64,000 nt of DNA from Candidatus Latescibacterota bacterium (GTDB lineage Bacteria; Latescibacterota; UBA2968; UBA8231), in assembly GCA_965243025.1 (NCBI GenBank), contig CBDETY010000003.1:4864001-4928000 (forward strand), written 5' to 3'. The notes under the pieces were generated by a model, which saw only the letters and a list, made by a program, of their open reading frames with translations, was not told the origin of the DNA and made no database searches. Both the position numbers and the translations under genes were made by a program. Within the stretch, counting starts at the first letter, position 1. The number at the start of each line of letters is the position of its first letter. This document shows, one piece after another, positions 28,377-38,250 of the stretch.

Positions 28377-29459
28377 ATGGCGATTTACCGGGCAGCGCTG
28401 ATTGGCTGCAGCCGAATGGGAGCATTTATCGACAATGAAGGAAGCGAAAAAAGGCCGTTCGCCTATTCCCACGCAGCCGGATACGAGGCTTCCTCCCGAA
28501 CAGAATTGATTGCCCTTTCCGATACGCGTGCAGAGGTCATGGCCCGGGCGGGCGAGCGTTACGGTGTCCCGGGCGATCACCAGTACCGCGACTACCGGGA
28601 GATGCTGGCCAGGGAAAAGCCGGACATTGTCAGCGTGGCCACACAACCGGAGCACCGCACCCGCATCGTCCTCGACGCGGTCGAAGCTGGAGTCCCTGCG
28701 ATCTACGCCGAAAAGGCGATGGCTGCATCCATGGGGGAGGCCGACGCCATGATGGCAGCTTGCGAGGAAAGGGGGGTGTTTTTCAACCTCGGCACCAACC
28801 GCCGCTGGGATGTCCGCTGGGAAAAACTCCGGGAAGCGATCGGCTCCCAAGGCCTCGGCTCCGTGAATGCCGTCGTCTCACACTGGACGGGAACCCTGTT
28901 CAACAGTGCCAGCCATATGTTCGACCTCATGCTCTGGCTTCACGGCGACTGCCCCGTCGAGTGGGTCCAGGGATTTCTCCGCGACCCCGACGAAGGTCTG
29001 TTCGACGGAGACATCCTCACCGAGGATCCGGTAGGCGAGGGGATTTTCCGCTTTTCGGACGGGGCCTACGGCTATGCGCTCAATACCAGCCACGGCCTTC
29101 GCTTCGAGCTCGTCTGCGAAAAAGGCACGGTTCTCGGACAGGAACCGGAGAATCTGTGGGAAGTTTCCACGACGGGAGAGGTCGGGGGACGGTCCCGGGT
29201 CGAGCGCACCTCCATGGACCTCGCTGCGGCCAGCAGCACCCAGGCGATTATCGAGGATCTCGCCCGTTCGCTCGACACCGGGGAGCCGCCCCGCGGCGGC
29301 GTGCGGTCGGCTCACCAGAGCACGGAGCTGATATTCGCTTTCATCGAGTCGCATCTGCAGGGAGGCAAACGCATCCACCTGCCGCTGCAGGGTTCCAGAG
29401 TCCGGCTGGCGCGGGACCGCCAGCCGAGGCTGCCGAAGTTCCAGCCGGTCTGGAAGTAA
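28377..29459 (+). CDS. Gfo/Idh/MocA-family oxidoreductase
   Basis: IGCSRMG, PDIVSVAT, EKA, SHMFD; AGGAGG RBS. Confidence 0.9.
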   Translation: MAIYRAALIGCSRMGAFIDNEGSEKRPFAYSHAAGYEASSRTELIALSDTRAEVMARAGERYGVPGDHQYRDYREMLAREKPDIVSVATQPEHRTRIVLDAVEAGVPAIYAEKAMAASMGEADAMMAACEERGVFFNLGTNRRWDVRWEKLREAIGSQGLGSVNAVVSHWTGTLFNSASHMFDLMLWLHGDCPVEWVQGFLRDPDEGLFDGDILTEDPVGEGIFRFSDGAYGYALNTSHGLRFELVCEKGTVLGQEPENLWEVSTTGEVGGRSRVERTSMDLAAASSTQAIIEDLARSLDTGEPPRGGVRSAHQSTELIFAFIESHLQGGKRIHLPLQGSRVRLARDRQPRLPKFQPVWK

Positions 29460-29649
29460 CCCACCGGCGGTATGGGGCAGCCGTTCCTCTCGGACGGGCC
29501 GCGATTCAAACCCGCGGAGGCCCCAAACGAGGACTTTCGGAATGTTTACGTCACCAAGTAAACGTATTCCGGCCCTCGGAATGGGAATCGGCCATGTCCG
29601 GGGTTGAAATGCAGGCTCTCCGGTTCTGCCCGAGGCTGCCCGGGCACAC

Positions 29650-30753
29650 TCAGATCTTTCGGAATTCGTCGTTCTCGCCGATCAATTGCCGCGGCTCGAC
29701 CACTACTTTGCCAGAAAGATCGCCGGCCGCCCGCCCCAGGACCCAGGCTTCAAAGCCGTGGCGGCGGGCAATGGCGCGGACTGCGGCCGCATCCTTCTCC
29801 GGAGTGACTACTCCGAACCCGATCCCCATGTTGAAGACGAGAAACATCTCCTCGTCCGACAGCCGGCCGCCTTCCTGGAGTACCTGAAACACCGGATCCG
29901 GTTCCGGCAGGTAGTCGAGGACGAACCCGGTACCGGTTCGCACTCGCAGCAGGTTGAGGAGGCCGTCGCCGGTCATGTGGCTGAATGCCTTGATGCGCAC
30001 GTCCGCCCGCATCATTTCGACTGCCGGGCGCACGTAGATGGCAGTCGGGCGCAACAGCTCCTCGCCTACGGTGCCGCCCAGCTCAGGGACGCGGGAATCG
30101 ACTGTCAGGCCCATTTCGTCGAACAGCACCCTGCGGGCCAGGGTGTAGCCGTTGCTGTGGATGCCGTTGCTTTTCAGGCCGACGACCACGTCGCCGTCAT
30201 CGATGTCCTCCCCCACGATCATTTCCTCCAGCGGCACCAGGCCGATGGCCATGCCGACCAGGTCCAGGCCGCTGCCCTCGCGGTATCCCCGCAGCATCTC
30301 CCTCACCTGGGCGGTTTCCCCACCTGAAATCGAGATGTTCGCATAGTCCGCCCCTCGCTGCAGGCCGATGCCGATCTGCTCGAATACCTCCGGGTCCGCC
30401 TTCTCCACCGCAATGTAGTCGAGCATCGAGACCGGTTCTGCGCCGACGCAGACCAGGTCGTTTGCAACCATGGCGACGCAGTCGATGCCGACGGTGTCGT
30501 ACTTCCCCATCATCTGGGCAACCAGCAGCTTGGTGCCGACGCCGTCGGTCGTCATCGCCAGCCCGAGGTTTCCGATGTCGATTACAGTCGCGAAATACCC
30601 CGATTCCAGCGCCACCCTTCCGACCGGGCTGCCGTCGCAGCGGCAGTGCTCCGCCTGATTCACCCGGTACAACAGGCGTTGGAGCGCACCGATCGCGCCG
30701 CCGGTCTCGACCCCTGCTTCCATGTAAGTCAACCCCGTTTCTTCTGATGGCAT
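29650..30753 (-). CDS. purM: Phosphoribosylformylglycinamidine cyclo-ligase
   Basis: TDGVGTK, GGETA, SNGIHSNGY, HMTGDG, FNMGIG. Confidence 0.95.
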   Translation of the reverse strand: MPSEETGLTYMEAGVETGGAIGALQRLLYRVNQAEHCRCDGSPVGRVALESGYFATVIDIGNLGLAMTTDGVGTKLLVAQMMGKYDTVGIDCVAMVANDLVCVGAEPVSMLDYIAVEKADPEVFEQIGIGLQRGADYANISISGGETAQVREMLRGYREGSGLDLVGMAIGLVPLEEMIVGEDIDDGDVVVGLKSNGIHSNGYTLARRVLFDEMGLTVDSRVPELGGTVGEELLRPTAIYVRPAVEMMRADVRIKAFSHMTGDGLLNLLRVRTGTGFVLDYLPEPDPVFQVLQEGGRLSDEEMFLVFNMGIGFGVVTPEKDAAAVRAIARRHGFEAWVLGRAAGDLSGKVVVEPRQLIGENDEFRKI

Positions 30754-30789
30754 GCCAGGCCTCTCCTTGCCGTTGAAAATCCGGTCTGC

Positions 30790-32139
30790 CTACTCGAAAA
30801 ACTCCGCATAGAGCGACTGCACTGCGGCGGCGACATCCGTCTCCTTGACCCCGAACATCATGCTGACTTCGCTCGATCCCTGGTTGATCATCTCCAGGTT
30901 TACCCGGGCGCGCGAGAACGCGGAGGTCGCCCGCGCCGCCAGCCCGATCGTGTGCCGCATGCCTTCGCCGACCACCATCACCAGTGCCAGCCCGCGCTCG
31001 ACCGAAACCTCGTCCGCTTCGAGCTCGGTGCGAATGCGGCGGACCACCCGTTCTTCCGCGGCGTGGTTCAGGTACTCCTCCCGGACAATCACGGAGAGGT
31101 TGTCGATCCCCGACGGGGTGTGCTCGAACGGGATCCCCTCGTCCTCGTAGATCTGGAGCAGCCGCCGTCCGAAGCCGACCTCCCGGTTCATCAGGTATTT
31201 GCTGACGTACATGCTGCAGAAGCCGCCCGTGGCGGCGATGCCGACGACCGGGTCCCCGGCGACGGTCCGCGACGGGACGATACGTGTTCCGGGGGCATCG
31301 GGGTTGCTGGTGTTTTTCACCGCGACCGGAATTCCGGCGTGAAACACCGGCTCGAGGGCTTCGTCGTGAAACACCGAAAAGCCGGCGTACGACAGCTCTC
31401 GCATCTCCCGGTAGGTGATTTCCGGCACGCCGCGCGGGTGGTCGACATGCCGGGGACTGGCGGCGAACACGGAGTCGACGTCGGTGAAGTTCTCGTAGAG
31501 CTCCGCGTCGACCGCGGCGGCGAGGATCGCCCCGGTGATATCGGAGCCCCCGCGTGGAAAGGTGACCAACCGCCCCCTCTCCGAGTAGCCGAAGAACCCT
31601 GGAAAGAGGGTGATGCCGGGCAGCTCCCGCAGTTTTCTGAGTCTGCCGTACGACTGGCGCAGGACGCGGGCGTTGCCCGGCTCATCCGACAGCAGCATGC
31701 CCCCTTCCCCGGGGTCGACGTAGTGGGCCTCTGTTCCCAGGGAGCAGAGGTACTCCGCCATCAGACGCGCGCAGTTGGCTTCGCCCGCCGCCTTCAAGGT
31801 ATCGGTAAACAGACCCTCGTCCCCCGTGTCGGACTGCAACCGGGCTTCGAGGTCGTCCGCTATCGACTGGATCGATGACGACCCCAGACCGAGCCCCCGG
31901 GCGATTTCTTCGAAGCGCGCCACGACCCGGTCCATCTCCTCGCGGCCGTTCCTGTTGGTCAGGCGCGCCTCGGCCGCGGCGATCAGCAGGTCGGTGACCT
32001 TGACGTCGGCATGGCGGCGTTTTCCCGGCGCCGATACGACGACGAGCCGGCGCTGCTGGTCCGCCTGAATGATCTCGGCGACTGCGCGGACCGACGAGGA
32101 GGTCGCCAGGGAGCTGCCGCCGAATTTAACCGTTTTCAT
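30790..32139 (-). CDS. lysC: Aspartate kinase (YclM/AK III-like, two ACT domains)
   Basis: KFGGSSLA, VVSAPGKR, RGGSDITG, MINQGSSE. Confidence 0.93.
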   Translation of the reverse strand: MKTVKFGGSSLATSSSVRAVAEIIQADQQRRLVVVSAPGKRRHADVKVTDLLIAAAEARLTNRNGREEMDRVVARFEEIARGLGLGSSSIQSIADDLEARLQSDTGDEGLFTDTLKAAGEANCARLMAEYLCSLGTEAHYVDPGEGGMLLSDEPGNARVLRQSYGRLRKLRELPGITLFPGFFGYSERGRLVTFPRGGSDITGAILAAAVDAELYENFTDVDSVFAASPRHVDHPRGVPEITYREMRELSYAGFSVFHDEALEPVFHAGIPVAVKNTSNPDAPGTRIVPSRTVAGDPVVGIAATGGFCSMYVSKYLMNREVGFGRRLLQIYEDEGIPFEHTPSGIDNLSVIVREEYLNHAAEERVVRRIRTELEADEVSVERGLALVMVVGEGMRHTIGLAARATSAFSRARVNLEMINQGSSEVSMMFGVKETDVAAAVQSLYAEFFE

Positions 32140-32297
32140 CCTGGCTCGATTTTCAATCCCGGCTGGCTGAAGAAACCGAACTTACGGCTGCAATCGAATC
32201 CTGAAAAACGGCGAAGAGTGCCTGCAACGGAGGCCGGTACGGGGCCTGCCCGGGCCCTCCCGGGGACGGGACATCCCCTGAACGAGCGCGAAATGCC

Positions 32298-33689
32298 TTA
32301 CGACGACGGCGAAACCATCTTCTCGGGCCGCACCCATTCATCGAACTGTTCCGCGCTGAGCAGCCCCATCTCCACGGCCGCCTCCTTCAGGGTCTTCCCT
32401 TCGCTGTACGCGGTCTTGGCGACCTTCGCGGCGTTGTCGTAGCCGATATGGGGGTTGAGGGCGGTGACGAGCATCAGCGACTGCTGCATCAGTGCATCGA
32501 TGCGCTCGCGGTCGGGCCTGATTCCCGCGGCGCAGTGGACGTCGAAACTGCGGACCGCGTCGGCCAGCAGCCGCGTCGAAGTCAGCACGTTGTGGATGAT
32601 GACAGGCTTGAAGACGTTGAGCTCGAAGTTGCCCGAGGCACCCGCAAAACCGACAGCGGCGTCGTTGCCCATGACCTGGGCACAGACCATCGTCAGCGCC
32701 TCGCACTGTGTCGGGTTGACCTTTCCCGGCATGATCGAAGAACCGGGTTCGTTTTCGGGAATCAAAATCTCGCCGAGACCGCTCCTCGGCCCCGAGGCCA
32801 TCCAGCGCACATCGTTGGCGATCTTCATCAGCGATGCGGCGATCGTCTTCAACATTCCCGAGGCCTCGACCAGCGCATCGTGAGCGGCGAGCGCCTCGAA
32901 CTTGTTCGGCGCCGTCACGAAGGGCTGTCCGGTCTCCCGGGCGATGGCGGCTGCCGCTTTTTCGTCGAACCCCTTCTTCGAGTTGAGGCCGGTTCCCACC
33001 GCGGTGCCGCCCAGCGCCAGTTTGTACAGCGGTTGCAGGGCGGCGGCGGCGCGTCGGATGCCCTCGTGCAGCTGTGCGGCATGACCGGAGAGCTCCTGGC
33101 CCAGGGTCAGAGGGGTGGCATCCTGCAGGTGGGTGCGGCCGATTTTTATCACGTCGTCGAAACGGTCGGTTTTTTCGTCGAACGTCGCGGCAAGCTGCTT
33201 CAGGGAAGGGATGAGGTTGTTGGCGATCGCGTCTACCGCGGCGACGTGCATCGCCGTGGGGAACACGTCGTTTGACGACTGGCTTCGGTTGACATGGTCG
33301 TTGGGATGTACCGGGTCCTTCGACCCCAATCTGCCTCCGGCCATCTCGATGGCGCGATTCGCAATCACCTCGTTGACGTTCATGTTCGACTGCGTGCCGC
33401 TGCCCGTCTGCCAAACGACCAGGGGAAAGTGATCGTCCCAGTCTCCGGCGATGACCTCGTCGGCCGCTTTGACGATCAGGTCGGCCAGGTCCTTCTCCAA
33501 GGCTCCCTGCTCATGGTTGACGAGGGCAGACGCCTTCTTGACGATTCCCAGCGCCTTGATCATTTCCCGGGAAAACCGCTCCTGGCCGATCGCGAAATTC
33601 TGCAACGACCGCTGCGTCTGGGCCCCGTAGTAACGGTCGGCGGCAACCTCGACGTCACCCATGCTGTCCGATTCGATGCGTACGTCCAT
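32298..33689 (-). CDS. fumC: Class II fumarate hydratase
   Basis: [15 protein letters not shown] signature and [11 protein letters not shown]; start taken at MDVRIE. Confidence 0.97.
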   Translation of the reverse strand: MDVRIESDSMGDVEVAADRYYGAQTQRSLQNFAIGQERFSREMIKALGIVKKASALVNHEQGALEKDLADLIVKAADEVIAGDWDDHFPLVVWQTGSGTQSNMNVNEVIANRAIEMAGGRLGSKDPVHPNDHVNRSQSSNDVFPTAMHVAAVDAIANNLIPSLKQLAATFDEKTDRFDDVIKIGRTHLQDATPLTLGQELSGHAAQLHEGIRRAAAALQPLYKLALGGTAVGTGLNSKKGFDEKAAAAIARETGQPFVTAPNKFEALAAHDALVEASGMLKTIAASLMKIANDVRWMASGPRSGLGEILIPENEPGSSIMPGKVNPTQCEALTMVCAQVMGNDAAVGFAGASGNFELNVFKPVIIHNVLTSTRLLADAVRSFDVHCAAGIRPDRERIDALMQQSLMLVTALNPHIGYDNAAKVAKTAYSEGKTLKEAAVEMGLLSAEQFDEWVRPEKMVSPSS

Positions 33690-33798
33690 CTTTCTCCTCT
33701 CTGCTGATTCCGTTGTCAACTCCTGCCGGCACGGCAGGCAAACCGGCCCGCTGATCGATCATCGCAGCCGCTTCGACGGCTTGCCATGAGCGGACCTG

Positions 33799-35142
33799 TC
33801 ACCTTTCGAACTCCTCGAGGACGAGGTTTGCCTCCGTTTCGAGCCGTTCCAGAACCTGGGGGATCTCCCCCCCCTGCGCGACCTCGACCATCGCCTCTGC
33901 GATCTTGCGGCGCACCGCCTCATACCCCGGCACGGACGGCTCGGACTTGCCGAAGTCGAGAAACCCGTACGCCCTGCCGTAGCGTGGATTCTCCTCGAAG
34001 TAGCCGGCGAGCTGCGCCGCCGTGCTGCGGCGCACCGGGAAGTAGTTGCTCGCCCTGACCCAGCGCGCCTGCTGTTCCGGCGAGGTGAACCACTTGAGAA
34101 ACAGCCAGGATGCCAGCTGCTTCTCCGGCGTCGAACGGCACACCGACACGCTGGCGCCGTAGGCATTGAGCACCGGGTCTTCCCCGTCTCGAGGCGGCGG
34201 CGCCACATCCCACTCGAACCGGGTCGGGGCGTCGGCGAGGGCGCTGGCCACGAACGGAAGGCCGGAGGAGGAGCGGATCATGAACAGGACCTGGCCGAGA
34301 GCGAACTCGGTCTGGTCTTCGTAACGCTCGCTGAGCAGGTCCGCCGCCCCCTCCCGGATCAGGCCTTGCACCATGGTCAGGGCCTGCAGCATCTCCGGGG
34401 TATCGAGGGTATAGGCGGTTCGCTCCGGGTCCATGAAGTCGCCGCCCCGCGTGAAGACAAGGGTGGCCATCCGGCTCGCTTCCGCCTCGAACAGGTACCC
34501 CTTGCTGCGGCTGCCCGGCTGCGCCGCCTGAAACGGCCGGGACCTGGCCAGCCGGCAGAGGCGGGCGAACTCTTCCCAGGTCGCCGGGGGTCCCTCTTCG
34601 CCGAGCTCGCGCAGCCAGTCGGCGTTGAAATAGAGGATTTCCAGTGATCGGTTGGGTGGAAAACAGATCTGCTTGCCGTTGATGAAGTCCTGGGCGAGAA
34701 AGGCCTCCACGTAATCTTCCCGCTCCAGTGCACTCAATCCCCATTGCGGCGAGTTCATGTACGGGGTGAGGTCCACCAGGCCTTCTCCCATGTCGTAGAC
34801 GATGGCCTGGTTCTGATAGGCGACGACGATCTCGGGAAGCTCTCCTCCCTGCAGGCCGACCATCATCTTGTTGTAGATGTCGCTGTACCGCCCGGCGAAT
34901 TCTCCGCGCACGCGGATTCCGTGCTGATTGGTGCGGTTGAAGTCCTCGATCAGCTCCAGCAGGGCCTCTTCGCGCATCTGGGTGTGCTGGTACCAGAAGA
35001 CGACCTCCGCCCCGGACGGGTCGATCTCTTCCAGCGAGGGTGTCGTCGTCACCTGTCTGGCGGCGTCTTGCCGGGGCTCATCGCAGGCCAGGGCGAATGC
35101 CGCGAGAAGAAACAGCAGCGGATGTCCCAAGGTTCGCCTCAT
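33799..35142 (-). CDS. Carbohydrate/G3P-type ABC substrate-binding lipoprotein
   Basis: ALAC lipobox; PPNRS..LYFN.D, PATWEEF; start taken at MRRTLGH. Confidence 0.85.
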   Translation of the reverse strand: MRRTLGHPLLFLLAAFALACDEPRQDAARQVTTTPSLEEIDPSGAEVVFWYQHTQMREEALLELIEDFNRTNQHGIRVRGEFAGRYSDIYNKMMVGLQGGELPEIVVAYQNQAIVYDMGEGLVDLTPYMNSPQWGLSALEREDYVEAFLAQDFINGKQICFPPNRSLEILYFNADWLRELGEEGPPATWEEFARLCRLARSRPFQAAQPGSRSKGYLFEAEASRMATLVFTRGGDFMDPERTAYTLDTPEMLQALTMVQGLIREGAADLLSERYEDQTEFALGQVLFMIRSSSGLPFVASALADAPTRFEWDVAPPPRDGEDPVLNAYGASVSVCRSTPEKQLASWLFLKWFTSPEQQARWVRASNYFPVRRSTAAQLAGYFEENPRYGRAYGFLDFGKSEPSVPGYEAVRRKIAEAMVEVAQGGEIPQVLERLETEANLVLEEFER

Positions 35143-35984
35143 CCTTTCAGTCCCGACATGGAAATCCCGGAGGTGAACTCGCGCTGTACCATGGCGTAGA
35201 TCAACAGAACCGGTACGGTGGCGATCACGGCTCCCGCCATCTGCAGATGCACCTCGGGTCCGGCTTCGCTGACGAACTTCTGCAGGGCTACCGAAATCGG
35301 CCGCCATTCGGGGGAATTGGTGACCAGCAGCGGCCATCCCAGGGCGTTCCAGGAGCCGATGAGGGTGAACATGCCGACCGTCAGGAGGGGCGCCCGGCAC
35401 AGGGGCGCGGCGATCTGAAACAGGAACCGCAGGTGTCCGGCCCCGTCGATGCGGGCCGCGTCCCAGAGCTCGCCCGGGATCCCGCGCATGAACTGGCGCA
35501 GCAGGAAGATGCTGAAGGCGCTGCCCATGAACGGAATGGTGAGGGCCGGCCAGTTGTTGATCCAGTCGAAAGGGCTGTGCTGATGAAGCCATGACACGGT
35601 GAGGAAGTTGGGCACCATGGTGACCGTTTCGGGAACCATCAGGGTTGCGAGTATGCCGTAGAAGACCAGCTCGCGGCCCTTGAACCGCATGCGGGCAAGC
35701 GCGTAGGCCGCCAACAGGGAGAACAGCAGGGTCCCGCTGACCTGCAGGGCCGCGATCAGGAGCGAATTCTCGAAATATAGAGCGAAGTCCTCCTCCCTCC
35801 ATGCCCGGATGTAGTTGCTCCACTGCAGCTCCGCGGGGAGGAACACCCTCCTGAGGGTTTCGCCCCGGGTCATGAACGAGGCCAGCAGCATCCACGCAAA
35901 CGGGAGCCCTGCAACCACCGCCCCGAGGGCCAGCCCGGAGTACGTCACCCAGGGAAGCAGCCGTGGGTGCCTTGCCCGCTTCAC
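35139..35984 (-). CDS. Carbohydrate ABC transporter permease (MalG/UgpE-like)
   Basis: FLLRQF...DAARIDGA EAA motif. Confidence 0.9.
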   Translation of the reverse strand: MKRARHPRLLPWVTYSGLALGAVVAGLPFAWMLLASFMTRGETLRRVFLPAELQWSNYIRAWREEDFALYFENSLLIAALQVSGTLLFSLLAAYALARMRFKGRELVFYGILATLMVPETVTMVPNFLTVSWLHQHSPFDWINNWPALTIPFMGSAFSIFLLRQFMRGIPGELWDAARIDGAGHLRFLFQIAAPLCRAPLLTVGMFTLIGSWNALGWPLLVTNSPEWRPISVALQKFVSEAGPEVHLQMAGAVIATVPVLLIYAMVQREFTSGISMSGLKG

Positions 35985-35988
35985 GCGC

Positions 35989-37116
35989 TCACTCCCCGTA
36001 GAAAACGCGCCGTCCCAGCAACCGGTTCTGGGCCAGGGTCAGGGCGAGAATCGCGGCGAACAGAATCAGCGACAGGCAGGAGGCGTAACCGGCGTCCTGG
36101 TAGTTGTAGAGGCGGTCGAAAATCAGGATGCTGACCACGTCGACAGTATCGCGGGCGCCGGCGGTGCGCAGGATGTAGATATGGTTGAAGGCCTTGAAGG
36201 TGCCGATGAAGCCGACCAGGGTAATGAAAAACAGGGTCGGGGAAATCAGCGGAACCGTGACGTGGCGGAAGGACTGCAGCGCGTTTGCCCCGTCCATGGC
36301 CGCGGCTTCGTAGTAGTGGCGGGGAATCGCGCTCAGTCCCGCCAGCAGGATCACCGTGTCGTAGCCGATGTAGACCCAGACGTTGTAGAGCACTACCGAG
36401 ACCAGTGCCAGACTCGGAAAGAACGTATTTGCCCATGCAGGGCAGGCGAGATCGAGTCCCTCGCAGACCAGGGCCGCGACGGATCGGCTCTCGAACAGCC
36501 AGCGCTGGTTTTCGAAGCCGAGAAAGCCCCAGAAGCGGTTGGCGAGCGATGAGGGATGTGGACTGAAAAGGGTGCGAAACAGGACCGCGGTGGCGATCAT
36601 CGGGGTGACGTAGGGCAGGAAGTAGAGAACGCGGAAGAAACCTCTGCCCAGGGATGCCCGGAAAAGCAGGCAGGCCAGAAATATCGAGACGCCGACCTCG
36701 ATCGGGATCGTGCCGAAGGCGTAGAATGCTGTTACCAGGAAGGAGTTGAAGAGCCGGGAGTCGCCCGTGCCCGCCATGCCGGCGACTCCGGCAAGCGCGG
36801 CGAGCGCTGCCAGGAGTCCGAGCCCGGCCCCGGTGGCCCGCAGCAGTTTGTGCTGCCGCCGCTGTGATCGGCGCCGCCTGGCCACCCACACCGCCAGCAG
36901 CCAGGCTGCGGCGGCCAGGAGGATGAGCCCGACGAACCAGGCTTCACCGAGGGCGCGCCGGTAGTGATCGAAGGCGACGAAATCCCCCTTCTTCAGACGC
37001 CAGCGATGCAGGCTGACGAAGAGGGCGTATCCGATCGGGAATATCCCGAAGACCCCCAGAACGGTGAGCGCCGGTGCCAGCAGGGCCCACGCCAGGCGCG
37101 ACTCAGCGGTCTTCAT
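35989..37116 (-). CDS. Carbohydrate ABC transporter permease (MalF/UgpA-like)
   Basis: YYEAAAMDGA motif. Confidence 0.9.
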   Translation of the reverse strand: MKTAESRLAWALLAPALTVLGVFGIFPIGYALFVSLHRWRLKKGDFVAFDHYRRALGEAWFVGLILLAAAAWLLAVWVARRRRSQRRQHKLLRATGAGLGLLAALAALAGVAGMAGTGDSRLFNSFLVTAFYAFGTIPIEVGVSIFLACLLFRASLGRGFFRVLYFLPYVTPMIATAVLFRTLFSPHPSSLANRFWGFLGFENQRWLFESRSVAALVCEGLDLACPAWANTFFPSLALVSVVLYNVWVYIGYDTVILLAGLSAIPRHYYEAAAMDGANALQSFRHVTVPLISPTLFFITLVGFIGTFKAFNHIYILRTAGARDTVDVVSILIFDRLYNYQDAGYASCLSLILFAAILALTLAQNRLLGRRVFYGE

Positions 37117-37146
37117 CGAGCAGCGGGCCGGGCGCTTCGGACTGCG

Positions 37147-37764
37147 TTACTCCCCTCCCAGCGCCTCGATCAGTACAGTGATTTTCACCTCGTCTCCGAG
37201 AACACCGGCGGCATCGATCCAGTTGTCGACCCCGTAGTCGGAACGCTTGACCGTCAACTCCGCGGCAAAGCCGGCAACCGCCTTGCCGTTCATCGGATGA
37301 ACGCCTACGCCGAGCACTTCTACCGGAAAGGTCACCGGTTTCGTCACCCCGTGGAGGGATAAAGTCCCGGTAACCTCGAGGAGGTCTTCCTTCCCTTTCT
37401 TCACCGATGTGCTGGCAAATTCGATCCGCGGGTATTTCTCGACCTCGAAGAAGTCAGCGCTTCTCAGGTGGTTGTCGCGACGCTCATTTCCGGTGTCGAT
37501 GCTTTTTGCCTCGATAACCCCCGAAAAGGCAGAGGCCTCAGGCGATGCGGGGTCGTATGTGACGGTGCCGCTGAATTCGTTGAAATGCCCGGTGGTGCGG
37601 CTGACAAGATGACGGATGCTGAAGTCTACCGACGAGTGCGAAAGGTCGACGACGTAGGTCCCGGCACCGGCTTCATGGGCCAGGGCCCACACCAGGGCAG
37701 GGAGAATCCACCGCGCGAGTGTACTGGAACTGCTCCTCCGTTGGCTGCCTGGATCTATCGGCAC
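37147..37764 (-). CDS. YceI-family lipid/polyisoprenoid-binding protein
   Basis: SIDTGNERRDNHLRSADFF, GTLSLHGVTKPV; GTG start after an AAGGAGG RBS. Confidence 0.92.
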   Translation of the reverse strand: MPIDPGSQRRSSSSTLARWILPALVWALAHEAGAGTYVVDLSHSSVDFSIRHLVSRTTGHFNEFSGTVTYDPASPEASAFSGVIEAKSIDTGNERRDNHLRSADFFEVEKYPRIEFASTSVKKGKEDLLEVTGTLSLHGVTKPVTFPVEVLGVGVHPMNGKAVAGFAAELTVKRSDYGVDNWIDAAGVLGDEVKITVLIEALGGE

Positions 37765-37780
37765 TGTTGCCTCCTTTAAA

Positions 37781-37817
37781 GAAAACCCCCGAAGCCGAAA
37801 CGCTTCAGGGGTTTTTC
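37781..37817 (-). terminator. Intrinsic terminator after the tRNA operon
   Basis: AAAACCCCCGAAGC...GCTTCAGGGGTTTTT hairpin with T-runs on both strands. Confidence 0.75.
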
Positions 37818-37846
37818 GATGATCCGCTTTGATAAGCGGCTCAAGT

Positions 37847-37920
37847 TGGCTGCCCCCCAGGGATTCGAACCCCGATAACATGATCCAGAGTCATGTGTCC
37901 TACCATTGAACGAGGGGGCA
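37847..37920 (-). tRNA. tRNA-Gln(CTG)
   Basis: Cloverleaf; anticodon arm CATGA-CTCTGGA-TCATG; GTTCGAATC; CCA end. Confidence 0.95.
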
Positions 37921-37925
37921 ATTTC

Positions 37926-38017
<92 letters not shown>

Positions 38018-38049
38018 GGACGTCCCGCAAAGGCGGGACTTTTCGCGCT

Positions 38050-38136
38050 TGGCGGAGGGCGTGGGACTCGAACCCACAAGGGTGTGAACCCGGCGGTTTT
38101 CAAGACCGCTGCCTTACCAATTAGGTCTAGCCCTCC
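38050..38136 (-). tRNA. tRNA-Ser(TGA)
   Basis: GCGGT-CT-TGA-AA-ACCGC anticodon arm; variable arm; CCA end. Confidence 0.95.
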
Positions 38137-38170
38137 GAGACTTGATTTCCTCACGGGCCGCAGGGACAGA

Positions 38171-38198
38171 AATATAACCGCTCGCGGCCAATCGTCAA
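38171..38198 (-). promoter_or_regulatory. Sigma70-type promoter of the tRNA operon
   Basis: TTGACG-N16-TATATT on the minus strand. Confidence 0.65.
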
Positions 38199-38250
38199 CT
38201 CGCCAGGTACTGGCTAAGCGGTTGAAATACAGGAGTATACGGCGATTCTC

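Noticed and set aside
32140-32297. Possible lysine riboswitch upstream of the aspartate kinase gene
   Set aside because: No AGAGGNGC start or other L-box consensus is visible.
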